Of a stretch of 64,000 nucleotides of DNA, positions 24,223 through 37,500 are shown piece after piece; the first letter of the stretch is position 1; every line of letters starts with the position of its first letter. The position numbers and the translations under genes were made by a program. This DNA is from Anaeramoeba ignava BMAN (lineage: Eukaryota; Protista; Anaeramoebae), in NCBI GenBank assembly GCA_028826165.1, contig JAPDFW010000089.1, positions 1 through 64,000 on the forward strand, written 5' to 3'. The notes beneath the pieces are model-generated. The model was not told the DNA's origin. It searched no databases and saw nothing but the letters and a program-made list of their open reading frames with translations.

Positions 24223-27200
24223 ATGGATTTATTTGATTTAATTAAACAAAACAAAATTGAGGAAATTTCTTCTTTTGAAGGAAATTTTAATCAAAAAAAT
24301 TCAAAAGAAATTTCACCTTTACATTATGCTTGTTTAATTTCAAAAAATTTTGATTTGATTAAATTGCTAATTGAAAAAGGAGCTGAACCAAAAAATGTAA
24401 CAAATTCTGGGAAAACAGCTTTGCATTTTGCGGCTTTGCAAAACTTCAAACAAGCAATCCCATTTTTGATATCAAAAGGAATTGATGTGAATTCAAAAGA
24501 TAATAAGAAAAGATCCCCAATTTATGATGCTTTTTCCAAGAAAATAGAATTTGATACAATCAAAACACTTATTGAGAATGGAGCAAATATCAATTTGGAA
24601 AGTAGTTCCAAATCAACACCTTTTTCAGATGCATTAACAAAAAATTGTTCAAGAGAGGTTTTGAATCTTTTAATTGAAAATGGAGCGAAATCATTCAAAA
24701 CAAAATCAAAACAAACAATTTTGCACATTTGCTCAAAATACAAAAGAGATGTATCCTTTTTGGAATCATTTCCAGATGAAATTGCCAATATTGATAGCAA
24801 GGATATTTACTCGAAAACAGCTCTTATGTATGCATGCGAGAAATCAAACATTTCTTTTGTTAAATATTTACTTTCCAAAGGAGCAAATCCAAATTTGATA
24901 AATGATGAAGAACGAACTGCTCTTCATTTCGCATGTAATTCAAATTACCAAAAGGATATAATTGAGGTTCTTGTGGAGAAAGGAGCATCTGTTATTGCAC
25001 AAGATATACAGATGAATACTCCATTGCATTATTTAGTGAAAAACAGAATATCATTTGATTTAATTGATTTATTTTTATCAAAGGGAGCTAATATAAATGC
25101 ATGCAATAACGAAGGCGAATCTATTCTGCATATTGCATGTAAATCGGGAGTAAATCACAAACTCATTCAGTATCTATTATCCAAATCAGCCAAAGCAGAA
25201 AGTTTTACCAATATTTATTTCAGATCTCCACTTGAATATGTTTGCAGTTATTCTCTTAATAATAAAGTAATTGAGACTCTTCTTTTAAATGGTGCTAATC
25301 CAGAATCACGACAATCAAATGGATATACACCTTTATTCTCGGCATGTTCATATAGTTCATCTTTGGCTCCAATTAAAACTTTGATTAAATATGGAGCCGA
25401 TGTTCGTTCAGTTTCTTTTTATCAAGGGTTTGATGCTTTGTGTTTGGCAGTAAAAAATCCAAAAGGAACAAAAATTGTTAAGTATTTTATCGAGGATCTC
25501 AAAATGAATCCAAAATACAGAACTGAAAGTTCAGACACACTTCTTCATCTTGCTTGTAGAATCAAAAAAAACATTGAAACAATTAAATATCTTTTGTCTG
25601 TTCAAAAACTAAATCCAAACTCATTAAATTATAACAACGAAACTCCATTGTCTTTGGCTTGTATTTTTGGAGCTGAAAGTGAAGTTATTAAATTACTTCT
25701 TGATTATGGAGCTTGTGCTGATGTGAAAGATAATTACAAAAGATTACCTATTTATTTTGAAATAATTCATTTAAATAGATTTGAGGTTGTGAAATTACTT
25801 GCTAATTCAAATCAATTTATTGAATCTTTAACAGATGATCGGAAAAGTGAATTGTTCCGCGCAACCTTATCAACCCAAAATTATGATAAAAAAGTTGTTG
25901 ATTTTGTTATCAATCAATATAAATTTAGATATTAATAAAGTTTGTTATGGGAAATTCACAGTTCAGGCAGCTTGTAATACAAAAATAGATCTTGAAACTT
26001 TTAAGTTTATTTTCGAAAAAAGTAAAGAATCAAATGGTGATATCGGTTTACTGCCTATGAATCAAATACTCATCAACATTTTGAAAAAAAAAGCTCAATA
26101 TGATATTATCCATTTTATCTTTTCTGAGAATAAATTTGATTGGAATTCGCCAAATTCGAATTTGTTTCAAACACTTTGTATTTATCGATTTGAAAAGGAT
26201 ATTTTTCAGTTGTTTATTGATAAAGGAGCAAATGTTAATGAAAGTGATTCAACCAGAAAAACTGCTTTGTATAAATATCTTGAATTGAATCATCATCCAG
26301 ACATTGAAATTATTCAACTTCTTATCAATTCAGGTGCTGATGTTAATATCAAAACAACTTCCAATGAAACCGTACTTCATTCAGCATGTTCAAATTCACA
26401 TTTAATTTCCCACTTGAAACCAAAGAAAGTAATTGAAATTTTCAATCTTCTCATTTCAGCTGGATGTGATATCCATGAAAAAGATATTCATTCTAATACA
26501 ATTTTGCATTTTTTGGCTAAGAAAAATACGCATATCAAAATTTTCAAATATTTTGTGAATTTGGGTTTAAAAGTGACACAAAACGCAGCCAAACAAAACC
26601 CGCTTCATTTATATTGCCAAGTAGCACAAGCAAATCAAAAAGTGATGAAATACTTAATCAAATGTGGAGCAGATATTGATGAGCTTGATAGAACATCAAA
26701 TTTGCCTTTACATTACTATCTCTCTTCAAATAACAAAATCGAAATTGTCAAGCTTTTAGTTAACACAAATCAAAAAAATTCACTCATTAATGTTTTCAAT
26801 TTCAGTTCAAAAAGTCCATTACATATTGCTTGTGAAAAAAATTTAAACTTGAATATTATCGAGTATTTGGTTAAAAATGGAGCTTTGGTTAATCTAAAAA
26901 ATACACGATCTTTAACACCATTTTATTATCTGCAAAGACAAAATCCAAAAGAGGATGTTGTGAGATTTTTTCTTGATTCTGATTTGAATCTAAATTTTGA
27001 AGATTGGAACAATTGCAATTATATTCAAAATGCTATTTTAAAAGGAGTAAACTTGAATACTCTTGAATTAATGCTTTCCAAAATGAGCAAAGACAAGTTA
27101 CCAAATTCACCAATTAAAGTAGAGTATATGTATGTCTCTTACTCAGCCAAATCTATTTATGATTTTGAATATTTCAAGTATATATGGGATAATCAACTAT

Positions 27201-28609
27201 TTGGACCAATTAAAAATACAGAACCATATCAAATGTTTTTTATCAGATCGGAAATGTACAGGAATATTAATACAAAAGAACAATTAGAATTTTTTGTGAA
27301 AAAAAAATTTAATCTCTTTAAGAAAGACATATATCACCCTTTCCCCTTTTTTAAGATTTGCGAAAGAGATCCAAGTATTGAGTTGATCAAATTAATCACA
27401 AATGAAGATAATTGTAATGTTAAAGAAAGAGACAATCATTTATTGGAAATATTGATGTATATTTGCTCCAAATCACACAAAACAGAGATTATAGACCATA
27501 TCATTTCACTTGGAGTAGATATCAATTCAAAACTACAAGAAGATAGTAATTGTTTGATTAGAGCTTGTGAAAAAAATCTGCCAGTTGAAGTAATTGAGCA
27601 TCTTATTTCAAAAGGAGCAGATGTGAATTCCCAAAACAAAGCCAAACAAAAACCACTTTTCTTTTCAGTTTCCAAAAAGAATCCAGAAAATACAGAGATG
27701 TTGATTCGAAATGGAGCAAATATGGACCTAGTAATTCCTAGTATTGGTTCATTAATTCAATTTGTTTTTTCTAATGAAAATTGGGAATTGGCAAAAATTT
27801 TCTTGTCTTATGATGCAGATGTGCAAAATTTAAATTTCGAGAAAATTTCAAACAAATCACAAGCACAAGAAGTGATTCAGTTGTATTACTCTATTTGTTA
27901 TGATATGATGAATTTATTTGAAAGGAAAGAGTTTTGTGATATAAAAATAGCCACAATCGATAAGACTGTTGAAGTTCATTCGTTGGTTTTAAGATGCAGA
28001 TTGTTTGATGAATTTGATATTCCAAGTCAAATACCATATCAAAAGTTTTTTGATATGATGAAAATTTTCCAGCGTATGGAATCACATCAAGTTGAGATTT
28101 TTTTCCATTTTGTTTATTCAGGAATCATTAAATATTCATCGCAAGAAGAGCTTGAAAAAAACACTAAAATTATACATGAAATTTGTGAGAAATTCACAGA
28201 AGATCCAAAAAAGTGGATTGATAAGAAAAAAGGAAGAAAAAATTTAGTTCGAGATTTGAATAAGCTTTATCAGGATGAATCAAGTAAAGATTTTAAGATT
28301 CAAGTTACTGAAAAGGATCAAAAGAAGGTTTTCTCAATTCACAAAGTGATTCTTATTGCTCGAAGTGAATTGTTTAGAGGGATGTTTTTGAATGTGAAAG
28401 ATGATTCTGATTTTGTGAATGATTATAGTGAGAAATCAATTCAAACAATTTCATTAGTGATTAAGTTTTTATATTTAGATGATTTGGATGAAAAAGAAAT
28501 TTCAAATGATGTTTTTCAAGAATTAGAAGATGTTATTGATTATTATCAATTAAATGAAAATTCGAGATTAAAAATGATATTAGATTCACAAAAAATAAAT
28601 TTCAAATGA
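24223..28609 (+). CDS. Ankyrin-repeat + tandem BTB protein, ~1460 aa (ORFs 24223-25935 and 25835-28609 joined across one indel near 25920)
   Basis: Many ANK repeats (SPLHYAC, TALHFAA, TPLHYLV, SPLHIAC); C-terminal DMMNLFERKEFCDI...VHSLVLRCR and IHKVILIARSELFRGMF...IDYYQL. Confidence 0.87.
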
Positions 28610-29290
28610 TATTTTTCAAGAATTAGAAGATATTATTGATTATTATCAATTAAATAAAAATTCAATATTAAGAATGATATTAGATTCACAAAAAATAAAT
28701 TTAAAATAATATTTTTCAAGAATTAGAAGATTTTATTGATTATTATCAATTAAATGAAAATTCAATATTTCAAATGATATTTTTCAAGAATTAGAAGATA
28801 TTATTGATTATTATCAATTAAATAAAAATTCGATATTTAAAATGATATTAGATTCACAAAAAATAAATTTAAAATAATATTTTTCAAGAATTAGAAGATA
28901 TTATTGATTATTATTAATTAAATAAAAATTCAATATTTCAAATGATATTTTTCAAGAATTAGAAGATATTATTGATTATTATCAATTAAATGAAAATCCA
29001 ATATTTAAAATGATATTAGATTCACAAAAAATAAATTTAAAATAATATTTTTCAAGAATTAGAAGATTTTATTGATTATTATTAATTAAATAAAAATTCA
29101 ATATTTCAAATGATATTTTTCAAGAATTAGAAGATTTTATTGATTATTATTAATTAAATGAAAATTCAATATTTCAAATAATATTTAATCCACAAAAAAT
29201 AAATTTCAAATAATATTTTTCAAGAATTAGAAGATATTATTGATTATTATTAATTAAATAAAAATATTAAATCCACAAAAAATAAATTTT
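28497..29290 (+). repeat. Tandem array of the ANK-BTB gene 3' end, 9 copies, spacing 100/100/68/100/68/100/68/100 bp
   Basis: CAAGAATTAGAAGAT at 28517, 28617, 28717, 28785, 28885, 28953, 29053, 29121, 29221. Confidence 0.92.
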
Positions 29291-29350
29291 TCTCATTTTT
29301 AAATTCATTTTTTTCTTTTTCTTTTTTTTTTTCTTATTATTATTATTATT

Positions 29351-30983
29351 ATGGAATCGATTCCTTTATATTCTTGTTGATTTTAATTTTGAGAATATTA
29401 ATAGTAAATTTCGGCAAAGCAAAACATAAAATAAACAATAAATAAACAAAAACCAAAATAAATCAAATTACAAATTAAATCAATTTTGTTTTATTTTGTT
29501 TTATTTTATTTTTTAGTTGGTAAAAGTTGTATTGCAAAAAGATTTATGCAAAATGTCTTTGATGAAAATTATAATCCAACAATTGGTAAATTGATTTTGA
29601 TTTTGATTTTGATTTTGATTTTAATATTAATTTTAAATTGATTTTGATTTTAATTTTAATTTTAATTTTGATTTAAATATTAATATTAATTTTGATTTAA
29701 ATATTAATATTTATTTAGATGATTTACATAGAAAACAAATTATGAAAGGTGAACAACAGGCTCTTTTGGAAATTAGAGATACAGCTGGTCAAGAAGAATT
29801 TAGAAATACTCTTGATAGAGTTTGTTGAATTAAATTTTAAATTTATTTATGTTTTTATTTTAAATATTTTTCGATTTAAAGCATTTAAGAGAAACAAAAG
29901 GAATAATTATTGTTTTTTCAATTGATTCAAAAAAAAGTTTACAAAGAGCTAAAAAATTATGGAATTTATCATCTGAAACAAAAGAAACAAAAAAATTTCC
30001 TGTAATATTTGTTGGAAATAAATCAGGTAAATTTATATATTGATTTATATATTGATTTATATTTTGATTTATATATTGATTTATATATTGATTTATATAT
30101 TGATTTAAATATTGATTTATATATTGATTTTGATTTATATTTTGATTTATATTTTAATTTTGATTTTGATTTATATTTTGATTTATATTTTGATTTATAT
30201 TTTGATTTATATATTGATTTATATTTTGATTTATATTTTGATTTATATTTTGATTTATATATTGATTTTGATTTTAATATTGATTTTGATTTATATGTTG
30301 ATTTATATTTTGATTTTGATTTTGATTTATATTTTAATTTATATTTTGATTTATATTTTGATTTTGATTTATATTTTGATTTTGATTTTTATTTTAATAT
30401 TGATTTTGATTTATATATTGATTTTGATTTATATTTTGATTTTTTGATTTATATTTTTGATTTATATTTTGATTTATATTTTTGATTTATATTTTGATTT
30501 ATATTTTGATTTAAATTTAATTTTGATTTATATTTTTTTTGATTTTTTGATTGATTTTGATTTTGAATTTTGATTTATATTTTGATTTATATTTTGATTT
30601 TAATATTGATTTTGATTTTGATTTTTTGATTTTGATTTATATTTTGATTTTGATTTTGATTTATATTGATTTTTAATAGATCTTGAGGAATTAAGAGCAG
30701 TAACAGAAGAAGATGAAAAACAATTAAATGAAGAATTTGGTGTTCCAGTTATTGAAAGGTTTTTTTTTTACTTAAAAATATTTTTTTTTTTTGGATTGAA
30801 TTTTAAATTATAATTTTTAAATTAAATAGTTCTGCAAAAACTGGAAAGAATATTAAAAGATTATTCGATCAAATTATAAATCTTATTGATCAAATTGATG
30901 AAGAAAAAAAAGAAGAAAAAAAAGAAGAAAAAACAGAAGAAAAAGAAGAAAAAGAAAAGAAAAAAAAATGCTTAATTTTTTAA
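29351..30983 (+). CDS. Ras/Rap-family small GTPase with CaaX; exons 29517-29585, 29719-29819, 29882-30026, 30680-30758, 30830-30983; first exon unresolved
   Basis: GKSCI (G1 end), YNPTIDD (G2), DTAGQEEF (G3), GNKSD (G4), SSAK (G5), KKKKCLIF*. Confidence 0.85.
30027..30679 (+). repeat. Ras intron with 12-bp repeat (TTGATTTATATT)n
   Basis: Direct observation. Confidence 0.9.
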
Positions 30984-31150
30984 AAGAAAAAAATTAATTA
31001 AAATAAAAAAATTAATTAAAAAATTAAATTTCGTTATTCAAAATATAAAATTTTTTTTTTTGCTTTTTTTTTTTTCAATTAAAATTTTATTTTTCATTTT
31101 TTTCTTTTTTTCTTTTTTTCTTTCTTTTCAAATTTTCTCAAATTTTTTAA

Positions 31151-34100
31151 ATGATAGTATTTGATTTTGGGACATCTAATTTTCGAGCAGGAATAGCAGG
31201 AGAAAAAAAACCGTTAATACAAATTCCACCATTTTTAGAGAAAAAAACAACACAAACAAATTTTGCCAATTCAAAAACACGAATAATTGGTGAAAATGCA
31301 AGAAATCAAACTAATCAATTGAATATAGCAACTCCACTGAATAAAGGAGTAATAAACAATTGGGAAAGTTTTCAAGATTTAGTAGAATATATGATAGTGT
31401 CAAAACTCAATTACAATCCAAAAGACGTTTTTGGATTTTTTTCAGAACCTCCAAATAATCCAAATGCAAACCGAGAAAAAACAACTCAAATTGCTATTGA
31501 AACGTTAGGTTTATCAGGTGTTTATCTTGCCCCCCAACCTGTTTTATCACTTTTTCCACTTGAAAAAATCACTGGTCTTGTTGTTGATATTGGTGAGAAC
31601 TTGTCTTACACTGTCCCTGTTATTGAAGGGTATGTTTTCGAATCAGCGTTGCAATTAATTCCAGTTTCGGGCGAACAACTTACTTACTATCTTATCAAAT
31701 CAATTGAGGAAAAAGGCACAAAATTCCCCACTTTGAATCGCTTTAATATTGCTGAGGATATCAAAAAGAAACTTTCTTATATTTCTTTGGATTACAGACA
31801 GGAAATCACTTCTTCCTTCTATTATTCTTCAAATCAAAAGGAATATGAACTGAATGATGATAACGTTATTTATTTACAGGCTGAACGTTTTTTATGTCCC
31901 GAACCGTTATTTCAACCAAAGTTACTCGGGATTAATCATCCTGGTCTTGTTCAATCTATCGAGAAATCCATTGAAACTATTACTAATCCTCAGAATGCCA
32001 AGGATCTGTGTGAGAACCTTATTTTAGTTGGTGGTTCAACTCTTTTTAAGAATTTTTCTGAAAGAATCCAAAAGGATATTTTCGAATCAAAACCTGAAAA
32101 ATCTGTCAAAATCATTGCTGATCCTGATAGAAGTAATCTTGTTTGGAGAGGAGGCTCAATTCTTGCATCTACACCTGGTTTTGGTGAGATGTTTATTTCT
32201 CCCAGAGAATATCAAGAGGAAGGTTCAAGGATTGTTTTAAGGAAATGTGATTTTTTCTATTTTGGAACTGAATTGAAAAAGGATTCAACTGTGAAAGAAT
32301 CTTATGAAGAGCCTCAACAAGCATATTATGAAGAACCTCAAGAGGAATATTATTATGACGAGTATTATCAACAACAGCAACAAGGATATTATGATCAAAA
32401 TCAAAATTATGAGCAAGATCAATATTATGAGCAAGATCAATATTACGAACAACAACAACAACAAGATCAATATTATGAACAACAGCAAGATCAATATTAT
32501 GAGCAAGATCAACAACAAACAATAAAGCAACAAGATCAACAACAAACTATAAAGCAACAAGATCAACAACAAACTATAAAGCAACAAGATCAACAACAAA
32601 CAATAAAGCAAAATGATAATATTCAAAATCAAACAAAGCAAGATAATATTATTCAAAATCAAACTATAAAACAAAATGATATTATTCAAAATCAAACAAA
32701 ACAAGATAATATTATTCAAAATCAAACAAAACAAAATGATATTATTCAAAATCAAACAAAACAAAAAGATATTATTCAAAATCAAACAATACAAAATGAT
32801 AATATTCAAAATCAAGACACAAATTTGCAAACCCAATTCGAAGAAGATCAAAAAACTCAAGATGTTCAAGAAGAACCTGTTATTGAAGAAGACCAAGGCC
32901 CAGATTTCGAAACAAGAATGGAAGAGTTAGATAAACAAAGTGATGATAAATTGAAAATGATCCAAATCAAAAATGAAGAGAATCAAAAACTTGAAAGTCA
33001 ACTTAAGGAATTGCAAAAAATTCAAAAGAGACTCAAAGGAGAAATCAAAACTTTAACAGATAAATTAACTCGAATTCAAAGTTCAGGTGATATACAAGTC
33101 AAACAATCAAGAATTCTAAATGAATGTCGCAAGGAAATGAAACAGAAATATGAAATGTCAATGAAAGAACAAGGAATTTATGATAAAGAACAAGAAATCA
33201 AAGCAAAATACGAAAAATTGGAAAAAGAAACACAAGATTTCCTGAAAGAAAAACAAGATTTTCTTTTTGAACAACAACGATTTTTTGGATCACTTGGATT
33301 TGAACCAGATCTCAAGTTATTAAATATAAGAGAAGGAACAAAAGGAAAAAGAAGATCACCAACAACAACAACAACAACAACAACATCAAAATCAAAATCA
33401 AAATCACCAACAACAACATCAACAACAAAATCAAAATCACCAACAAAACCAAAATCAACATCACCAACAAAACAAAAAGAAATTTATACTTGGAATAAAG
33501 ATTCAAAATCTACACAAAAAACTACTTCAACTCAAAAAGATTCCTCAAAACAAACACAAGTTAATTTGGGAAAAAACCCTAAATTCATTCAACCAAAACC
33601 TCCACCAATTGAAGAAGAAACAAAATCACCTCAAAATGAAGAAACAAAAGAAACCCCAAATCAAGAACAAAAGAAAAAGAACAAGAACAAGAACAAGAAG
33701 CACCAGTTGTAAAAACTGTTTGGGCAAGTTTGCAGAAAAAAACTACTCAAGAAATTAAAAAAACAACAACTCACTCTTATTGGGAACCTAAAAAAACACC
33801 AACTCCTCCACAAAATACAGATGTTCCAAAAAATCCAGTTGCTCCAAAAAATCAAGTTGCTCCAAAAAAACCTATTGCTTTATCAGGTCCACATCCACCA
33901 TTAGAAAGTCCTCCAAAAACCCCAAAAGAAGAAGAAAAAAAATCGAGTTTTGTCAATCGATGGAAAGCATTTGAAAAAGCAAATGAACAAAAAAAACCAA
34001 CTAGAACTCAAAGAAAAAGAACAACACCAATTCAAAAACCACAAGAAAATACAACTAATCAAGAACAACAAAATCAACAAGGAAAATACAACTAATCAAG

Positions 34101-34340
34101 AACAACAAAATCAACAAGAAAATACAACTAATCAAGAATCTAATGATCAATCCCAAAAATATTATTCAATTCAAGTCTTAAGAACTCGTCCCTCTTCCTA
34201 ATGGTGTTGATATTACAAGGTTAGAGGATTATTTGAGTGATAGTGATTTTCAAACAGTTTTTGGTGTTACAAGAGAGAAATTTCAAACTTTCAAAGAATG
34301 GAGAAAAGCTGATATGAAAAGGAAAAAAGATCTTTGGTAA
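31151..34340 (+). CDS. Divergent actin-related protein fused to Q-rich repeats, coiled coil, P/T-rich linker and C-terminal villin headpiece (~1060 aa; apparent indels ~33670, ~34081, ~34190)
   Basis: Actin motifs IVFDFGTSNFRAG, SEPPNNPNANREKTTQI, VVDIGENLSYTVPVIEGY, ERFLCPEPLFQP, ILVGGSTLF, VWRGGSILAS; last frame reads LPNGVDITRLEDYLSDSDFQTVFGVTREKFQTFKEWRKADMKRKKDLW*. Confidence 0.82.
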
Positions 34341-34532
34341 AAATTTTGAGAAATCAAATTTAAAATCAAATTCAAATTTAAATTCTTTTTCTTTTTCTTT
34401 TTCTTTTTCTTTTTTTTTTCAATTTTGTTGTTTTTGTTTTACAAAAAAAAAAGCAAAAAAGCAAAAAAAAAAAATTTTTTTTTGTTCCACTTTTTTTTTA
34501 ATTAATTATTTAAGAAAGAAAAAAAAAATTTT

Positions 34533-37500
34533 TCATAAATCTTTTCCTTTTTTCTTGTTATGTCTTCTTTTAGTAGTTTTTTTAGTAATTTTCTTTTTCT
34601 TATTCTTATTATTCTTTTCTTTTTCTTTTTCAATTTCATTATCAATATTTTCATTTTCATTTTCATTTTCATTTGAATTATCAATATTTTCATTTTGATT
34701 TTGATTTTGATTTTCATTTAAATAATCAATTTCTTTCTTATGAGAAATATTCTTTTTTTGAGGAATTGTACGAGTAACAACAGATTTCCCATCAACAAAT
34801 TTAGTTCTAAAAACAACATTTGCATTATTAAACATTCCTTCTTTTAAAGAAACAACGATAAATTGAGAATGAGCAAAATGAGTTTTGAGCATTTTGCCGA
34901 TATTTTGAGTATGAGAAGGATCAAGGGCAGCATCAATCTCATCAAGAATATAAACAGGAGCAGGTTTGAAAAGAAGAAGAGAAAGAATCAAGGATAAAGC
35001 AAGTAAAGATCTTTGACCACCACTTAATTCAGTAAGTGATTCCTTCCAAACATCTCCAAAAGCAACAGTGATTTCCAAACCAGATTGCAATGATTCAGGG
35101 TCGATCGGAACAAGTTTGGCAGATGTTCCTGGAAGAAGTGTGGCGAAAATGGATCCAAAGTTCTTGTTCACTTGCTGCCATGTCTCTTTGATTGCTTTAT
35201 CTTTTTCTTCATTCAATTTTTGGATCACTCGCTCAATATTTGATCTGTCACGTTGAACAATTTCTCGTTTTTCAATAAGACCTTGATAATCGGCTTCAGC
35301 CTTTTCATACATGCTCATGACCTTTTTGTTCAATGATCTCTCAAGTGTTTCTTGCTCTTTTGAGATCTCTTCAAGTCGTGTGGTGATGTTTCCAAAATCC
35401 ATATTTGCAAAATCATAATCTGTATGAACTTTTCCAAAGTATTTCTTTTCCTTCTTGATCCATGAGTGAGTTCTTTCCATTTCTTCAACAAATTTCTGTG
35501 CATTTGTGCGGTCTTTTTGGAAACGTGTGAATTTGTGCTCAATTCTTTTCATTTCAACTTCACAATCACTAATTGATTTTGCAAAAGCATCCCGTTCTTG
35601 CATAAGAAGTTTGAGCGTGCGATTTGCTTCGCTTTGTTTTTGTCGATACTCCTCTAGATGAGAGCGTTGGGTCTCGAGTTCCTTTTCTTTTTCTGTTGCT
35701 TCTTGATTTTGCTTGACAATTTCTTCCGAAATTTTGGATAATTTTGAATTGCTTGAAGAAATTTGTTGCTCTGTTTTCGCCAGTTCGTTTTGATATTCCT
35801 GTTGCTCCAATAGAAGCTGTTCCACAACTTGCTGGCGTTTCTGAACTGTGTGTTCTGCTGAAGAAACAAGTTTTTTTTGTTTAGCAATCTCTTTCTCAGT
35901 CTTTTTGATCTGTTCCTCATCCGCATTAGCAAATTCTTTGATTTCCGAGGCCAAACGCTCAGCTTCTTGCACAGCGTTTTTCTTGTCGGAATTCAAGGTT
36001 TGGAGTTTATGTTTGAGATCCTCAATTTCCTTCTCAATATTCTTAGCAGAAGTGAAAATTTGATAATGTCTTGATTGTTTGTCTTGATTTTCAAGAAGAG
36101 TAATTTCATGTTTTTGGAGCTCCATTTCACGCATGATTTGCTGATATTCGTGGTGTTTGTCTTCAAGGGAGCCGAGATCAGCAGAAATTTTCTGGATCTC
36201 ATTAGCCAGAGTTTCAAGAGAGTTATTAATTTTGTTCAACACTTGCAAAGATTTCAAAATACTTGTTTTTTTGATTTGCGAACCGCCAGTCATTGTGCCT
36301 ACTGGATCCAAAACATCCCCATCAAGAGTGACAGTTTTAACGTGTATCTGTGGATCAAACGTAATGGATCTTGCGGTTTCGATATTGGTACAGACAAGAA
36401 CGTTACCAAAAACATAGTTGACTGCGGCTCGAATTTCCTCAGGAAACCCGATTAAGGACAAGGCAGTTGAGACGCTACTGCGACCAACTTTTTTCTCTGC
36501 GTTCTTGACTGTAGTTTTGGGTAGCGTTTGGTTGTAAATCTTGTCGAGGGGAATGATAGTGACACGCTGTTTAAGTTTTCCGTTATCGATCAGCAATTGT
36601 CCTGTATCTGCACTATCTACAACAACATTATAGAGCTTTCCGCCAGCATAAACTTCAAGAGCCGTTGTGTATTTTTCGGGATCGTGAATTTCTACCAAAG
36701 ATGCGAAAATTCCCTTCACTTTGGAACGGTCAAAATTTGGAGTTGGATCTTGATATATAAATTCTATTGTTGATAATTGTCTTGATAATTGATATTTTTC
36801 TTGGTTTAACTTGCGCATCATCTCTTGTTTTTCCACAAGCTCGTTGCGCAAACGCTGAAGAGAATCTGCATCGAATCCTAATTGTGATGCTTGTTTCTCG
36901 AGCTTTTGGAGATCTTCTTGTTTGTGTTTGTGCAATTCTTGGAGCTTATTAAATTCTCTTTCGGATTCCTTCATTTTCGGTTTCAATTTTGAATGCTCGT
37001 TTTTTAAGTGCTCAGATTGCAGTTGGATCTCCTGGATCTGTGTTTCTATCCGCGAGATTTCTTGTTTGCAATAGTCCAATTTCTCATCAAGTGTTTTTGC
37101 TGTCTTTCTAGATTTGGAATCCTTTTTTGGATCGCTTACTTTAACATTGATACTGATTTTGAGTTGAAGCTCCTCAAGTTGTTGCTGCAATTTGTCGTAG
37201 TTTTCTGTTGCTTTGGCAAGATCTTCTCTCGCCTTTTCAATCTCGTTCTTCATTTTTTCGATCATTTTCTGGGTTTCCTTTTTGGATTGTCTCAATGAAT
37301 CAAGTGTTTTTGTTTCTGATTTTTGTGAATCTTTTGAATGTTGAATCATTGTACTTATTCTAACAAGTTCGTTTGAAAGAGTAGTCACTGATTCTTCGAG
37401 CTGTTTATATTTGCCGCCGAGTTTCTTGTCTTTTGTTGTGTTTAGTTTTTGGATTTCTGTTTTTTTGAGTGAAATTTGATCTTCATTTTCTTTGATTTTA

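Noticed and set aside
25835-25935. Pseudogene or split-gene calls from single frameshifts (also ~10450, 33670, 34081, 34190, 47626, 59815)
   Set aside because: Isolated 1-bp indels, mostly in short base runs, with intact coding on both sides; best explained as assembly error
28497-29290. CRISPR-like appearance of regularly spaced repeats
   Set aside because: No unique spacers, the unit derives from the adjacent coding sequence, context is eukaryotic and no cas genes are present
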